Shown: positions 1-12,992 of the stretch, one piece after another
Position numbering within the stretch: position 1 is the first letter of the stretch
Layout of the letters: every line of letters starts with the position of its first letter
Assembly (NCBI RefSeq): GCF_018350175.1
Contig: NC_058383.1
Span: forward strand, 17,858,001 to 17,918,000
DNA length: 60,000 nt
Source of the DNA: Felis catus
Lineage: Eukaryota
Reading direction: 5' to 3'
Position numbers and translations under genes: made by a program
The notes under the pieces: model-generated
Databases searched by the model: none
Told to the model about the DNA's origin: nothing
Seen by the model: only the letters and a program-made list of their open reading frames with translations

Positions 1-185
1 CTAATCCTGCCAGGAGTGCACAAGGCACGTGAATTTCTCAGAGAGGGGGCTAAGCCCCAGAGGACAGATCTAGTGAGTACAGATGGGGGTCTTCTGACTC
101 GGAGCCCCCTATCCTTTCTGGCACATGAGCTGCCTCAGGAAAACACCAGGTGGAACAGGAGGGTCCAGGGGGTTGGAAGCCTCAC

Positions 186-259
186 CTTGCAGGGGAGAAG
201 GACAGCTTCAGGTTCGCCTCACACTTCTTGTCCTCCCCGCAGTTCTTCTCAAAAGGGAT
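186..259 (-). CDS. ITGAL: ITGAL exon 20 ([24 protein letters not shown]); gene continues beyond the window
   Basis: AG/GT bounded, 74 nt, genu motif PFEKNCGED. Confidence 0.93.
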
Positions 260-352
260 CTGAAAGGCCAAGAAGAAAGACTAGGAGGCTCAGGCCCCAG
301 ACCCATTGGGGAGGGACCCTGGCCTCTCCGGCTGCCCCTTGTCCCTGCTTAC

Positions 353-409
353 CTCCTTGGTCTCTGCATGCGGTAAGGGTCTCAGGATGGGCTGAATGTC
401 CTGGCCCTG
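353..409 (-). CDS. ITGAL: ITGAL exon 19 ((Q)GQDIQPILRPLPHAETKE); tandem acceptor gives start 409 or 406
   Basis: CAGCAG acceptor, gtaagc donor, PILRP motif. Confidence 0.88.
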
Positions 410-1732
410 CTGAGCATGGAGTGGTGGGAGGGCCGGGAGATAAGACAGGTTAGTTGAGGCAGCAGAACTCTTGGAGGAGGTCTGGAAGGAGGGCTCAGGG
501 CTTGGGGCTCAGCTGGGTTGGCTTGGCTGGCCCCTCCTAGGAGCCAACGCCTGCCCAGGGGGACCTCACCATTCTGACTCGGCCCAAGGCCACCCTGTGC
601 AGCCCTCGGGCAGCAGCTCCTCGAGGAAAGCCGAGGCTCAGGGTGTCCGTTCTCCTGAACAGGAGATCTTGGCCTTGACACAGCAGCTCCAAAGCTCCTC
701 CCAGCCCATCTCCTTCCCTGGGCTCGCCTGCCTATGACTAGCTCTTACTGTGCTTCTCCTCTGCGAACCCCATCTCCCTGCTGAAAAGTTCCATCTCTTC
801 TCAGATCAAGGCCAGTTTCCCCCAACATTTCCAGGGCTTCTGCTCTGGGCCAGGCCCTGTTATAGGCACCAGGTATACACCAGAGGACAAAACAGACACA
901 CTGCACTGCTGTGCCCCCAGTCTGGTGGGAGAAATGACGTGGTATCTTCAAGTGTTTGATGGGACAGATACAGGTATATTCAGAGCATGTAGAAGCGAAT
1001 CCTACCCCCGACATGGGGATCGGGGAAGCTTCCTGAAGAAACAGATCTCAACTGAAATCTAAAGGATGGGCAGGAGAGAGCCAGATGAAGAGAATGGAGA
1101 GGGGCAAGAATGGACGGCCCCACACAAAGGCACAAGGCAGGAGGTTGAGCCTGCGCACGTGACAAGAAGATGCTCAGACGAGCCGCTGTGCTGTGTGTCG
1201 GGGGCAGGAGATGGAAGCAGGGTCTAGGTTCCCCTGGGCCTTGCAAGCCACGATCGAAAGTTGGGACTTTATCCTGAGGGTAATGGGGTCATAGAAGTGT
1301 TTATGAGTTATAAGCTGAATGCTCTAGAAAGACTCCAGCCTCCACTTGCAGGCCACCCGCCAAATAACCACCAGACTCCTGAGTCCCGGCAGCCTCTGCT
1401 GACTGCTCCCACCCACGCTCAACACAGATTCCTGCTACCCACTAGACTGCAGCCAGTCCCCAAATGGGCATTCTGGGTCTCTGTCTTGCTCAGTTGTCCT
1501 TCTACCAGAAGCTAAGCCCACCTCCGCATTTCCCTTGTACGTACCACTGTACCTTTCCTTATGCTGTTCCCTTTGCCTCTCCTCAATCCACCTACCCAAA
1601 AGGCTACTCATTCTGAAAGACCCAGAAACAATGACGCTCCCCCCAGGAAGCCTTTCTTGTCAACTCTGGGCTCAGGTCTCTTTTTTACCCTGAGCTCCTA
1701 CTCCACACAGCTTGGCTTAAAAAAAAAAAATT

Positions 1733-1931
1733 GGGGCGTCTGGGTGGTGCAGTTGGTTAAGCGTCAGGCTCTTGATCTCGGCTCAGGTCATGATCTCATA
1801 GTTCATGAGTTCAAGCCCCGCATCAACTCTGGGCTGATGGTGTGAAATCTGCTTGGCATTCTGTCTCTCCTTCTCTCTGCTTGTGCTCGAGTTCTCTCGC
1901 TTGCTCTCTCAAAATATGTAACTTAAAAAAA
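1733..1931 (+). mobile_element. CAN-SINE
   Basis: tRNA-derived head GGGGCGTCTGGGTGG, (CT)n, A tail. Confidence 0.85.
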
Positions 1932-2146
1932 ATTAGTGTCAACGGCAGAGACTGCTGGCTGTCTCCATACATCCTTCCTCACTATCTGCCCTTAAAATAG
2001 AGCCTCCACTTTTTATCTGGTCATATGGCCACCCGGACAGGAGACTCTGTTTCTCCGTCTCCCTTGCAGTTAGGTGTGGCCATATGACCAATTTCTGACC
2101 AATGAGATGTAAATGAAAGCATCATGTGGATTTCCAGGAACTAGTC

Positions 2147-2364
2147 TTTTTTTGTTTATTTATTTTTGAGAGAGAGAGAGAGAGAGAGAGAGCGAGCATG
2201 AGTGGGGGAGGAACAGAGAGAGAGAGGGAGACAAAGAATCGAAATAGGCTCCAGGCTCCGAGCTGTCAGCACAGAGCCTGATGTGGGGCTCGAACCCACG
2301 AATCACGAGGTTATGACCTGAGTTGAAGTCAGACACTTAACCGACTGAGACACCCAGGCGCCCC
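2147..2364 (-). mobile_element. CAN-SINE
   Basis: Reverse-oriented head CCCAGGCGCCCC, (GA)n. Confidence 0.88.
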
Positions 2365-3661
2365 TCAGGAACTAGACTTAAAGGGAAGGGGTGTGCTCTT
2401 CTACCCTTTCTAGTGAGCCGTGCTCCCAACACCCACAAGCTCAGGCATCTTTACTGCCTGTGCTCACACTACGCCATCTTGCTGAATGCCCACCCCCCTT
2501 CTCTAGCTGGGGACGTTAAGGATCCCGTCTTGTGGGAAGACTTTCCTTATCCCCCAAACATGTGGCATGAGATTGTACCGCCACCCTGTATCTAACTTTA
2601 CCACAGCCTTATCACAGCATGTTGTAACTGTCTGTTGACTCGTCTGGCCTCCAGAGCAGACTGCGAACCCCTTCCGGGGAGGGACCATGTTTTGTCTACT
2701 CCGGTGGAGCTAGTGCCCCGAATAGCGCTTAGCACAGGCAGGTGCTCAAGCAACTTCCCTTAAGTGCATGATGAGCGTCTGGTGGGCGGGGGCTTTAATT
2801 TTGGTGAGCACGTCACCGTCCTCATCAGATCTCAGGAGAGTGAGCGCACGTGGGGGAGTGCTCGGTGCATGCTGCCAAAAGCCACGAGAAAGAGTGCACT
2901 TAGCAGCCACCGCGCTCCAGCTCTGAAGAGGCCTCATAAGGTCGGGACTTCTTTTACAGATGGGGACACAGTCCCAGAGAGGGATGGAACCTGCTCATAT
3001 GTGCTCATGCCAGGAAAAACCAATCCACATCCTCAGGCTGGGGGGCCCAGGCTCTTTCCACCAGACCTTGCTGCCTTCAGACAGAAGCTAAACCACTGAG
3101 GGTCAAGGATTTGAGGACATGAGATCTGGCTTTGGCCCCGGGTAGGGAGTACGCGGTCCGGCAGATGAGGGTAGATACTGTGTTCCTCTTCTTTGACACC
3201 GTGACGACACCCCAATTTGGCTTTGAGGGAACTACCTGCTCTCAACTGGATATGCTCGGGTGGGAAGGCAGATCAGGGCGCCCTGTCTTCCCACGAGTAA
3301 GGCTAGGCAGGGTGCCGTGTCCCCCCTCGAGTGTACACTTTGAGCAGCACTAGGGGCCTGGTGAGGTGTAAAGCTGACGCTTGGCAGGGACCTGGAGCAG
3401 ATTCACCGAAGGGGCCGTGCCCTGAAGAGTCCATCCATTATCCCTTCCCCTCAAGAGCCCCTGGCGCCTCCACCCTGGCTCCCTTTCTTCCCAGTCTTGA
3501 ATGGCCAAATACAAGCTCCCATACGTTCCCTTCCTGCTGAAGTGAGCTGTATTTGGTTTCTATTACTCAAAACCAAAGACTCCTCTATGATACAGTCTTG
3601 CTAAACTGAAATTCTCCTCTCCCCAGTTTCCTATCAATTCCCCTAGGTGATCTCTTCTTAC

Positions 3662-3751
3662 CAGCCATTGATCCCTTGGTGTCCCTTCTTCTTCCCGGAG
3701 AGAGAAATTTAGGGAGACGTTGATGGGAGAGATGAGGTCTTGAATGCACAC
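3662..3751 (-). CDS. ITGAL: ITGAL exon 18 ([30 protein letters not shown])
   Basis: AG/GT bounded, 90 nt. Confidence 0.93.
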
Positions 3752-5088
3752 CTGAGGGTGATGAGAATACCACCTGTGTTGTGAGTTTAACCTTCCAGTT
3801 AAATGCTCACCTTGCCCATTCTTTACAAATGATGGGATTCCAGTATCTGGTGTTTATAAAGTCCGGGGTCACTTCTCAGCACGAGTGTCACCCTCAGCCC
3901 CAGTTCCCATGGCAGACATCACTAATCAACCACCCCACTTTTCCCACTGAGTCCTGACCAAAGCCCCTGAATCTCTGCCAGGCCACTCTAGGCAGTCATT
4001 ATCGAAGTTTGCACAAGAAAAGAATATTCTAGAATAACTAGAATATAGAATATAACTAGAATAACTGTTCCTCAAGAACAGAGCTGGGGCTCGGCCTTTT
4101 ATGTTATTACTGGTCCCTCACAGTGGCACTTTGTAAGCACTCAAATCATCTTCACCTGAATTCCTACCAACCCGAAGATGTAGGCATTATTATTCCCACA
4201 TTAAAGATGAGGAGAATGAGGTCAAAAGAGATGACCCAAGTTTCCTAAGGACTAGCACTAGGAAGTGAGCCCAAGTCCGTCCAATTCCCAAGCCTAAGGT
4301 CTTCCCATCATAACATACCGCTTCTTCTCTGGAAGATTTATGTTGAAAATTTCCAAATCTTTGGGTGGGTGGGGGGGTGCAAGGAAGCAGAAGAGAACTG
4401 AGTGGAGCTATGAACGAGCTGAGAAAGTGAGCTCAGAATTGTTGACACTGGGCGATGGGTATTTGGGGGTTCATTAAGCTATTTTTTTCCTGCTTTTATA
4501 GATTTGAAACTTCCCACAACAAAAAATTGAAAACAAATTTCAAAATCTTATACACCAATCCCACACTCAGTCTCTTATGAAATATTTAAAAGACTGGAAG
4601 AATTTACCACCATCCCTACTTCACACAGGACTGTTAGAAGCAAACAGAATTTGGGTATTATGGCAGTTGTTCAAATGATATTAAAAAAAAAAACCTTTTT
4701 CTGTGATGGATGTTAGCAATAAATGACCATGTACCTGGGAAATAAGGATGCACACGTGACTGAATATTCTGCAGCTATTAAAATAATTATGAAAAGCCGG
4801 GTAGCAGCATTGATATATGATGGGTGGAAAAAGGGGAAAAAATGGGAAGTATTTTACAATGGTAATTATGTTGAAAACACCGATGTACATAGATTAAGGA
4901 CCAGAGAAAATATGCAACGGTATTATTACCACTATTACACAGTAGAGGAAATGATAGTATAGAGAGATCCAAGAGACCTGTGACCCCATGGGACGTGACC
5001 GAGCTGTGCCTTGCACCCAGTGTCTCCTGTCACTGCAGTCAGTTCTGCCGCCCCCTCACTTCGCACAGCAGCTCTATGGCTCCCTTAC

Positions 5089-5240
5089 CGGGAAGTGGAA
5101 CCAGAACTTGGTGCAGGACTCGTCTTGGGTGACCTCTGTGTTCCTGCTGAGTTCACGTCTACCTCCTGGGAACAGCCCCCGGCTTCTGGTCCGATGGCCA
5201 TCCAGCTGCAGAGTGTAAGTGAGGGTGGCAACCAGGTGCC
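5089..5240 (-). CDS. ITGAL: ITGAL exon 17 ([26 protein letters not shown]...FWFHFP)
   Basis: AG/GT bounded, 152 nt. Confidence 0.93.
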
Positions 5241-5345
5241 CTGGGCAGGATGAAAAGGCAGGAGTTGGATGGTGGCAGATCCTGGGGCCATAAGCCTGCA
5301 TCTGGGGTGGGCAGCTGCTCTGGGGAGCAGGAGAATGGCACTGAC

Positions 5346-5506
5346 CTTGAAATTGGGGGGTAATAGGCTTAACCTGGAAACAGACTGTGATGTTAACTCC
5401 TTCTTTCTTCTTGTTACTGGCTGAATAGGAGCATTCCACTTCATGCACTGGGATCTCAGCCGGGGAGAAGGACATCAGAGTGAGGACATCTACTACAGGC
5501 CGGGAG
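5346..5506 (-). CDS. ITGAL: ITGAL exon 16 ([28 protein letters not shown]...PITPQFQ)
   Basis: AG/GT bounded, 161 nt. Confidence 0.93.
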
Positions 5507-6690
5507 CTGCAGGGCAGAAAACCACCAGCTCTCTCACTCTCGGCCTCAACTGCAGTCCCCAGTCAGACCTGGGACTCCAACCACCAGAGTCCAGAGGACT
5601 CTCCTTCCTGAAAGCAGACCTCAACGTCCCTGTCTCCTTGAAATGGTAATAATAATTATAATTCACTAGGGCTTCCCGGTTTCTTCTAGCAACCTTCTGA
5701 TCCGCTTTCCATACGGAAGGACGAGCTTTCAGAAAGAGAAAACATAGGCAGCTACTTCCACGCTTATAACCCTTCACTGATGCTACATGATATTCAGAAT
5801 AAAATCCAAACTTGTTACTATCCATGCCACACTGGCTGCCTCTCCACTCTTATTTCCTCCCACCCTCTCCCTTGGTTGACGTTCCCGCCAAGTCAAACGT
5901 TTGCCTGCCTTATGGCCTCAGCACATCCTGAGCTTTCTACCTAGAAAGCTCTCATCCCAGATTTCTGCAAGCCTGGCTCCTTCTCATCTTTCAAGTTCCA
6001 GCTCAAATATCACCTCCTCAGACAAGCCTTTCTTGGCCACCCGATCTAGAATAAGTCTCCCCTAGTCTTCTGTCTCACAGAACGCTGTTCACTTCCCCCA
6101 TGGCACTTACCACAATTTGCAATCACCTACTTGTGTGTTTAATCTTGTATTATATATTTCCCCACCTACACAGTCTGTACCCAATGGCTGGTTCAGTATT
6201 AAGACACAGCAGGTGCTAGGGTGCCTAGGCGGCTCAGTCGGTTGAGTGTCCGACCTCAGCTCAGCTCATGATCTAGTGGCTAGTGGGTTAGAGCCCCACA
6301 TCGGGCTCGTTGCTGTCAGCCTGTCAGCACAGAGCTCACTTTGGATCTCTGTCCCCCTCTCTCTGCCCCTCTCCCGCTTGCGCTCTCCCGGCCCTCCACA
6401 GCAGGTGCTCAGTAAATGTCTATTCACTATATGATGTTACATGATGCCTCCAGTAACTCTAAGATATGGTCAAGACAGGAAATGTCTTCACCAGTTCAAA
6501 GATGAGGAAACTGAGGTCCTGAGAAGCTAAGTGACTGGGGTGCGATCATCCAAGAAGTAAATGGCAGAGCTTCAGCCTGAATCCAGGTGACCAGGTTCTA
6601 AAGCCATCACAGGATCTTTAATGTCAGACAGGCCTGGGTTCAAATCCCAGTCTGTCACTGAATTGTAGCTGTTTAAACTGGAGTAAGACA

Positions 6691-6904
6691 GGGGCGCCTG
6701 GGTGGCTCGGTGGGCTAAGCGTCTTGACTTCGGCTCAGGTCGTGATCTCACGGTTTGTGAGTTTGAGCCCCACGTCGGGCTCTGTGCCGACAGCTCGGAG
6801 CTTGGGTGCTGCTTCAGATTCTGTGTCTCCCTCTCTCTCTGCCCCTCCTAGCTTGTGCTCTGTCTCTCTCTCTCTCAAAAATAAACATTAAAAAAATAAA
6901 TAAA
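6691..6904 (+). mobile_element. CAN-SINE with 17-bp TSD, inserted in a MIR
   Basis: TSD TAAACTGGAGTAAGACA at 6674-6690 and 6905-6921. Confidence 0.92.
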
Positions 6905-7026
6905 TAAACTGGAGTAAGACATGAAGCCTGTATAGGAAGGGTACCTATGTGACAGGGTTGGGGGAAGACCAAAAGAGTCCTGCTACATAGTAACTGCTCC
7001 AAGGATGATTAGCAGTCCCGTCTTAC

Positions 7027-7157
7027 CTGAGTATGATCACCTGCCCTTCCGCTCCCACAGCCACATCTGTCAGGCCATCTCCTCCAAGGTCTTTTACCCC
7101 ATGAATGGAGCGTCCAAACCACTGAATTCCTGAGAACAGCTGGGCCCCTTCTATCCG
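7027..7157 (-). CDS. ITGAL: ITGAL exon 15 ([43 protein letters not shown])
   Basis: AG/GT bounded, 131 nt. Confidence 0.93.
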
Positions 7158-7303
7158 CTGAGACCAAGAGAAAAATTCATGCTAAGCTAGGGAGAGGACA
7201 GGCCGGAGTGGGAGGAAGAGTCGGGCTGGGGAGTGGGGTCTGGGCTTGGAGGCTTCTGGGTGCCTGGGAAGAGGTTTTGGTTGGCGGGCAGGGCGCCTCT
7301 CAC

Positions 7304-7501
7304 CTGGCTTGGCTGGGGGCTCAGCCCACCATGCTGCCCATTGAAGATGTACACAGCCCCCTGCCCCTCCAGAGGGGCCCCCACAGCCACGTCCGCCAGC
7401 TCGTCCCCATTGATGTCGGTCAGGGCCGTGATCGCTGCTCCAAATCGCCCGAGAGGGTAGCCAGGATCCCCCTGCAGTTCTGAGACCACTTCGAACTCCA
7501 G
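7304..7501 (-). CDS. ITGAL: ITGAL exon 14 ([43 protein letters not shown]...PQPSQ)
   Basis: AG/GT bounded, 198 nt. Confidence 0.95.
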
Positions 7502-7959
7502 CTGGGAAGGAGCAAAGTGACAGGTCACTCAGTCACTCTGCAAGCATTCGCAGGGTGGGGCACCGCGAACAGGAAGAACGCTGAAGAAAGGTCAGATGTG
7601 GTCCTCAAAGAATCGGTATGGTGCTGGCAGACTCACCAGGGCTCAGGGCCCAGCTCCACCCCTTGCTGTCTGTGTGACCTTGGGGCTTTGGAAAGTGACC
7701 CAGCAGGGCTCCCGTTTATGAAAGAAAGCTCAGAGCTACTCAAAAGGTGACTTGGAGGACCAAATGAGGTCTCGTATAAATAGAAGGTTTGACACTTGCA
7801 CACAGCCCACCCACCCAAGGATCAGCGATGATCTGTCGGTTGTTCTAAAGATCTGATTCACCAGGATCAGACAGAGAAAGCCTTTCAGAATAGCTGGAAC
7901 CTGGATCGGCCGGGGGATCTGTTTCTCCCACCCCTTCAGGTCAGGGTCCTGGTCCCCAC

Positions 7960-8097
7960 CTGTTTTCTCTGGTAGACAAACACCCTGCCTCCCCTCTGCT
8001 CCCCATAGAACAGGGGGGCTCCAATCAGCAGCAACTCTGTCTCCCCGTCTTGGTCCATGTCAACGCCACACAGCTCGCCACCGAAATAAGAGCCAAT
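7960..8097 (-). CDS. ITGAL: ITGAL exon 13 ([46 protein letters not shown])
   Basis: AG/GT bounded, 138 nt, Ca-binding DxDxDG loop. Confidence 0.94.
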
Positions 8098-8419
8098 CTG
8101 CAGGGAGAGGAAGACGTTTGAGGAAGCACCTGCGAGCTGGACACCTGCCTCCCCTCAGCTGGACCATGTCCGTCTTACTCCAACCCCTCAAATGAAGGTT
8201 GAGGTCTTGGACTCCCCCCACCTAGCACCTGTATGAATTAGGACAAGGTGGGTTCTCTGAGGTTCAGTTTCTTCAACTGGGAAGTAGAGGTGACAAAGCT
8301 TACCTCAGAGGGCTTTGTGAGGACCGAACCTAACAGTGCTTGGCACAGGGCCTGCTAGCAGACGGCAGGGAGCATGACCAGTGCCCCATGTGTCCCTGAT
8401 CCCCTAGGGCCACGCTCAC

Positions 8420-8574
8420 CTGGATCCCGTCTATTTTCTGGACCTGGCTCCAGTGTCCTCTGCCCTTCAGCTCCTGGAACAGCAGCACCCGCCCCACATG
8501 CTGGTATCGGGGGGCTCCAACCGCCAGCAGCGATGTGAACGTTTTGTCGGAGGGCAGCCAGGTCACAGTGTAAC
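8420..8574 (-). CDS. ITGAL: ITGAL exon 12 (YTVTWLPS...[19 protein letters not shown]...KIDGIQ)
   Basis: AG/GT bounded, 155 nt, GAPRYQH motif. Confidence 0.94.
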
Positions 8575-9643
8575 CTGTGGGGTGGGGGGAGAGAATGAGG
8601 AATGGGAGGGGGCTGGTGCTTGGAATTAGGAACACAATGGCTGCTGCAAAAAGGTAAAACCCAGGGGCAAATAGGGCAGAGACTGGAAAACTGGGTTAGT
8701 AGCAAAGCTACATTGAAACAGCCAGAGAACCTTCTCCTGAGAAGAGCAGCCACATGCTTCTCGTGGCACAAATCCCGCCATCCTGGTTGAAGGTTGCATT
8801 TGTCAAACTGTGGACAACATGCAAGGAAAGAGCAGCCATGCAGAACAGGGTAACCATGGCGCATCTTCCCGAGGCTCAGCTGACCTGAAGGTTGGTAAGG
8901 GAGACTACACATTTGACTTGTTGTTGCTGTTGTTTTTACTTTATTGTTTTGAGAGAGAGAGAGATCGGGAGCAGAGGAGGGGCAGAGGGAGAGAGAGAGA
9001 AAGAGAGAATCCCAACCAGCGCAGAGCCCGACACAGGGCTCCATCTCATGAACTGTGAGATCATGACCTGCGCCGAGATCAAGAGTCAGAAGCTTAACCA
9101 ACTGAGCCACCCAGGCGCCCCTACACTTCTTAAAAATCAAAAAATACAATGAGATATATTAGCAAGAAGAGTGCAAAATCTGCGCGGACATTAAAAATAG
9201 AGCAGGAGACCTGAAAAAAATTTGTTTGAAGTTATCACTCCAGGCTATCTTCCTACTTCATTGCTAGTGTGTGCGGCAAGGTTTTCTCGTTGCTGGAATG
9301 TCTGAGGAAATGCTGCAGGAAACCGGACCAGGGATTGGGCTCGAGCCAGGATCCACCTAGTAGGAATGCTCTGATTCAAGAGATGACTGACTCAATTTCA
9401 TCTTCTCTACTTAGAGTAGTTGCAAGTGAGTGAGAAAACAGAGACAACCGAGATGATATGGCGCAGACAGGAAGGGCGAAGAGGCTGAACCACTTTCCCA
9501 TTCATTCGTGAACATTCCTGAAGCACAGGGGTTAGGAACTTGTCCTTTGAAATCAGAGACGAGGTTATTATTCCTTGTGCTGATACTTCCTAGCTGTGTG
9601 ATCTTGAATCGATTATGCCTCGCCACTGAGGCTCAGTTTTCTC

Positions 9644-9734
9644 GTCTCCCATCCAAGTACTAACCAGGCCCGACCCTGCTTAGCTTCCGAGATCAGACGA
9701 GATCGGGCACCTTCAGGGTGGTATAGCCGTAGAC
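9644..9734 (-). pseudogene. 5S rRNA tailless retropseudogene (nt 1-91 of 5S)
   Basis: Reverse complement GTCTACGGCTATACCACCCTGAAGGTGCCCGATCTCG...GGATGGGAGAC, about 3 mismatches to mammalian 5S; flanked by direct repeat TCAGTTTTCTC (9633-9643, 9735-9745); no poly(A). Confidence 0.93.
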
Positions 9735-9955
9735 TCAGTTTTCTCATCTAAATAATGGGATAATAGGAACCTCATAAGGTGGTTTTGAGGGTTAAAGAAG
9801 ACCACGGATATAAAATGCTGTGCTATGCTAGTGATATCTAAACTAAGATCTGAAGGATAGTGGCATCACAGGCACCCAAGATTATATTTATTTTTTATTT
9901 TTATTTTTTTAGCAGGAGTTGAAAGTTTTCTTTTTGAAGTATAGTTGGCACAAAG

Positions 9956-10096
9956 TTATATATACGCAATCATATACCTATATATACATATAAAATACAC
10001 ATACATATATACATATATATATATATGTATATATACATCTATAATCACATCCTTCTGTCCCTCCCTCCCTCTCTCCATATATATATTATATATATA

Positions 10097-10130
<34 letters not shown>
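9956..10130. repeat. Compound (TA)n / (TG)n microsatellite
   Basis: Direct reading. Confidence 0.9.
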
Positions 10131-10131
<1 letters not shown>

Positions 10132-10486
10132 TAATGTGACAGGTGCTTAACTAGAGATTAAACTTTGGGTTATTTCTTCTTCAGTGAGTGAAACTGCCAG
10201 CTAGCTTGCAATATACTGGGGGACACAAAAGCACCCTAAAGGCACTAGGGTAGAAGCTATACGGTAAGTGTGGTGGTTACCAGCACAGACTTTGGGGCTA
10301 CACTACCTGGGTTCCACCTACTAGTTTTGTGACCCTGAGCAAGTTATTTAAACTCTCCTGGGCTCAGCTCCTTCATCTATAAAATAAAGGTAATAAAAAT
10401 ACTCGCAGGGTTGTTATAAGAATAAAATGAGATAAACTAAGATAAAATATGTCAATACATCCCATGCACTTAGAACAGTGCCTGGC

Positions 10487-10950
10487 AGGGGCACCCGTGT
10501 GATGCCTGATGCCCCTGATGCAGATGGCTCAGTTGGTTGAGTGTCCAACTTAAAAAAAATTTTTTTTTAATGGTTTATTTATTTTTGAGAGAGAGAGACC
10601 AACAGAGTGTGAGCAGGGGAGGGACTGAAAGAGAGGGAGACATAGAATCCAAAGCAGGCTCCAGGCTCTGAGCTGTTAGCACAGGGTCTGACGTGGGGCT
10701 CGAACTCATGAACGATGAGATCATGACCTGAGCAGAAGTTGGATGCTTAACCGAGTGAGCCACCCAGGTGCCCCAAGCGCCCAACTCTTGATTTTGGCTC
10801 AGATCACGATCCCAGGGTCGGGGGATCGAGCCCTGCATCAGGTGCCGCACTGAGCATGGAACCTGCTTAAGATTCTCTTTCTCTCCCTCTGCCCCTCTCC
10901 CCGACTCACATGCTCACTCGCTCGCTCTCTCTCTCTAAAATAAAAAAAGG
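10487..10950. mobile_element. Nested CAN-SINEs (minus copy about 10551-10775 inside a plus copy)
   Basis: Plus-strand head interrupted at CCAACT and resumed after the inner SINE. Confidence 0.8.
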
Positions 10951-11271
10951 AAACAACAAGAAAACAGTGCCTGACACATAATACTCAGTAAAGAATATCG
11001 AAAGAAAAAAGAAAAAATTGTGGAGAGCAGTCTCCCTCAGAAGGGTAGATGAAAGGGGCACCTGGGTGGCTCAGTCGGTTAAGCGTCTGACTTCAGCTCA
11101 GGCCATGATATCATGGTTTGTGGGTTCGAGCCGCGCATCGGACTCTGTGCTGACAACTCAGAGCCTGGAGCCTGCTTCGGATTCTGTGTCTCCCCCTCTC
11201 TCTGCCCCTCCAATGCTCATGCTCTGTCTGTCTCTATCTCTCAATAAGAGGTAAATGTTAAAAAAAAAAAT

Positions 11272-11787
11272 GTACCCGGGATTTAATTTATGGGTAAGAC
11301 GCAAAGATGACACAGAGAGGTTTGCTGCCATTGAAAGAAGTTTATCATGCACAGCTCTCCATAGCAGGAGGCATGGGCACGACAGGCCATGCAGGGCCAC
11401 GTGGCAGAAGCACCAGGGTCAGTGAGGAAGCAGAAGGAGAGAGGAGAAAATGGCCCAGAGCCCTTATTGTGCTTTTGGTAGGAAGGAATGTGAGGTAGCA
11501 TAGGCCAGCTTGAGCAAGCTTAGGATGGGATGGTTTGAACAATGTTGGCCGGCTCTGGTCTATAGAGCTGGTCCTTGGCTGACTAGAGATTTAGGTCAGG
11601 GAGAATATAGGCTTGGTGTGTGAAAGTTATGGTAAAGGAGGTGGTTGGGAATACAGGCTCAGGGCTGGCTGGTTGGCATGTGGAAGGCCTGCTCACGGGT
11701 CACTTGTTTACTCTCTGTGGGAACTAGCTAGCCCTGGCAGGGGCAGTCTCTCCAGGATTCATAAGGCCTCAAGATGTCCAAGCATCA
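11272..11787. mobile_element. Probable old ERVL-class LTR fragment interrupted by SINEs
   Basis: Recalled resemblance to MER73/MER74-type LTRs; not verified. Confidence 0.4.
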
Positions 11788-12220
11788 GGGTCACCTGGGT
11801 AGCTCAGTCAGTTAAGCGTCTGACTTTGGCTCAGGTCATGATCTCACGGTTTCTGAGCTCGAGCCCTGTGTCTGGTTCTGTGCTGACAGCTCAGAGCCTG
11901 GAGCCTGCTTTGGATTCTGTGTCTCTCTCTCCCCCTCCCCCTTTTGCACATTCTCACTCTCTCTTGCAAAAATAAATAAACATTAAAAAATTTTTTAAAA
12001 AACCCGCTGTCTAACCATCATAAAATACACAAAATAAAAACATGATTACTACACAGCAGAGGAGCTACTAGGGGAAAAATTAAGAATGTTACGGCTGTAT
12101 TTAAACTCTGAGTTTGTTCATGCTGGTTGCTTAATTGCTTTCATTATTATTTTGAAAGTTGGTCTCAGTGACTCTGGCCCCTAAGATCAAAAGAACCCAG
12201 CAGAAAAGAAAAGTACTTAC

Positions 12221-12353
12221 CTAAATATCCTGCTCTTGCTTCTGGTGTCAGCGGTTCATTCCCAACAAATCTATCATCCTGCAGTTTGGCATCCATGTCT
12301 AGAAAGCCCCCAGCCCAATCCTTGGCTCCGACTGCCCCCACGACACCATGACC
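12221..12353 (-). CDS. ITGAL: ITGAL exon 11 ([19 protein letters not shown]...PEARAGYL)
   Basis: AG/GT bounded, 133 nt. Confidence 0.94.
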
Positions 12354-12433
12354 CTGCCCAGGGAAGGAGACGAGCGGGATCAGCCACATTCCCATAACGT
12401 CCGCCAGCCCCCTGCTTCAGGCCCGCCACTCAC

Positions 12434-12507
12434 CTGGCTGAGGTCAGCGCTGATCCCACTGGAGGACAGCTCCATGTTGAAGGATGTCAGGTCCTGTTTG
12501 CTCGTGC
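12434..12507 (-). CDS. ITGAL: ITGAL exon 10 ([24 protein letters not shown])
   Basis: AG/GT bounded, 74 nt. Confidence 0.94.
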
Positions 12508-12992
12508 CTGGGGGACAAGGTAAAGAGCATGGGTGGACCCCCAGGGAGCAGCAGGGACAGTGATACTGGAGAAAAGACTGAGAAAGAAGCATGGGACCGA
12601 CCTTTGGACACAGAAGGAAGAGCCCACATCACAGTCAGACTGGGCAGTGACTTAGGCACAAGTGCACAAGCCCCAGACTCGGCACAGCCAAGATGGAGCC
12701 CTGGAGTTCTGTTCCCGCTCAGGCTTCCCCGCTGCAAGGGCTGGAGCCCCCACCCCTCCTGGCGAACCAGACTGATTCTCCCCTTCCTGTTCTTCCTCCA
12801 ACACATCACCAAGTCAAGATGGTTCTACCTTCAATGCGTCTGCCCCCTTCTCTGAAGGGTCACTATTGCCGCCACAAGGGTCCAAGCCACTCTGCTCCCT
12901 CGCCTGGCTACTGCAGCAGCTTACTTACTTGGTCTCTGACTTCTTTCTTCTTGTCATGTCTATTTTCCACAGAGCAAGCTGGAGTAATCTTT

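Noticed and set aside
8355..9149. 264-aa minus ORF and the many MAQSVKRLT.../GAWVAQ... ORFs
   Set aside because: Translations of CAN-SINE sequence, in this case running into ITGAL exon 12 out of frame
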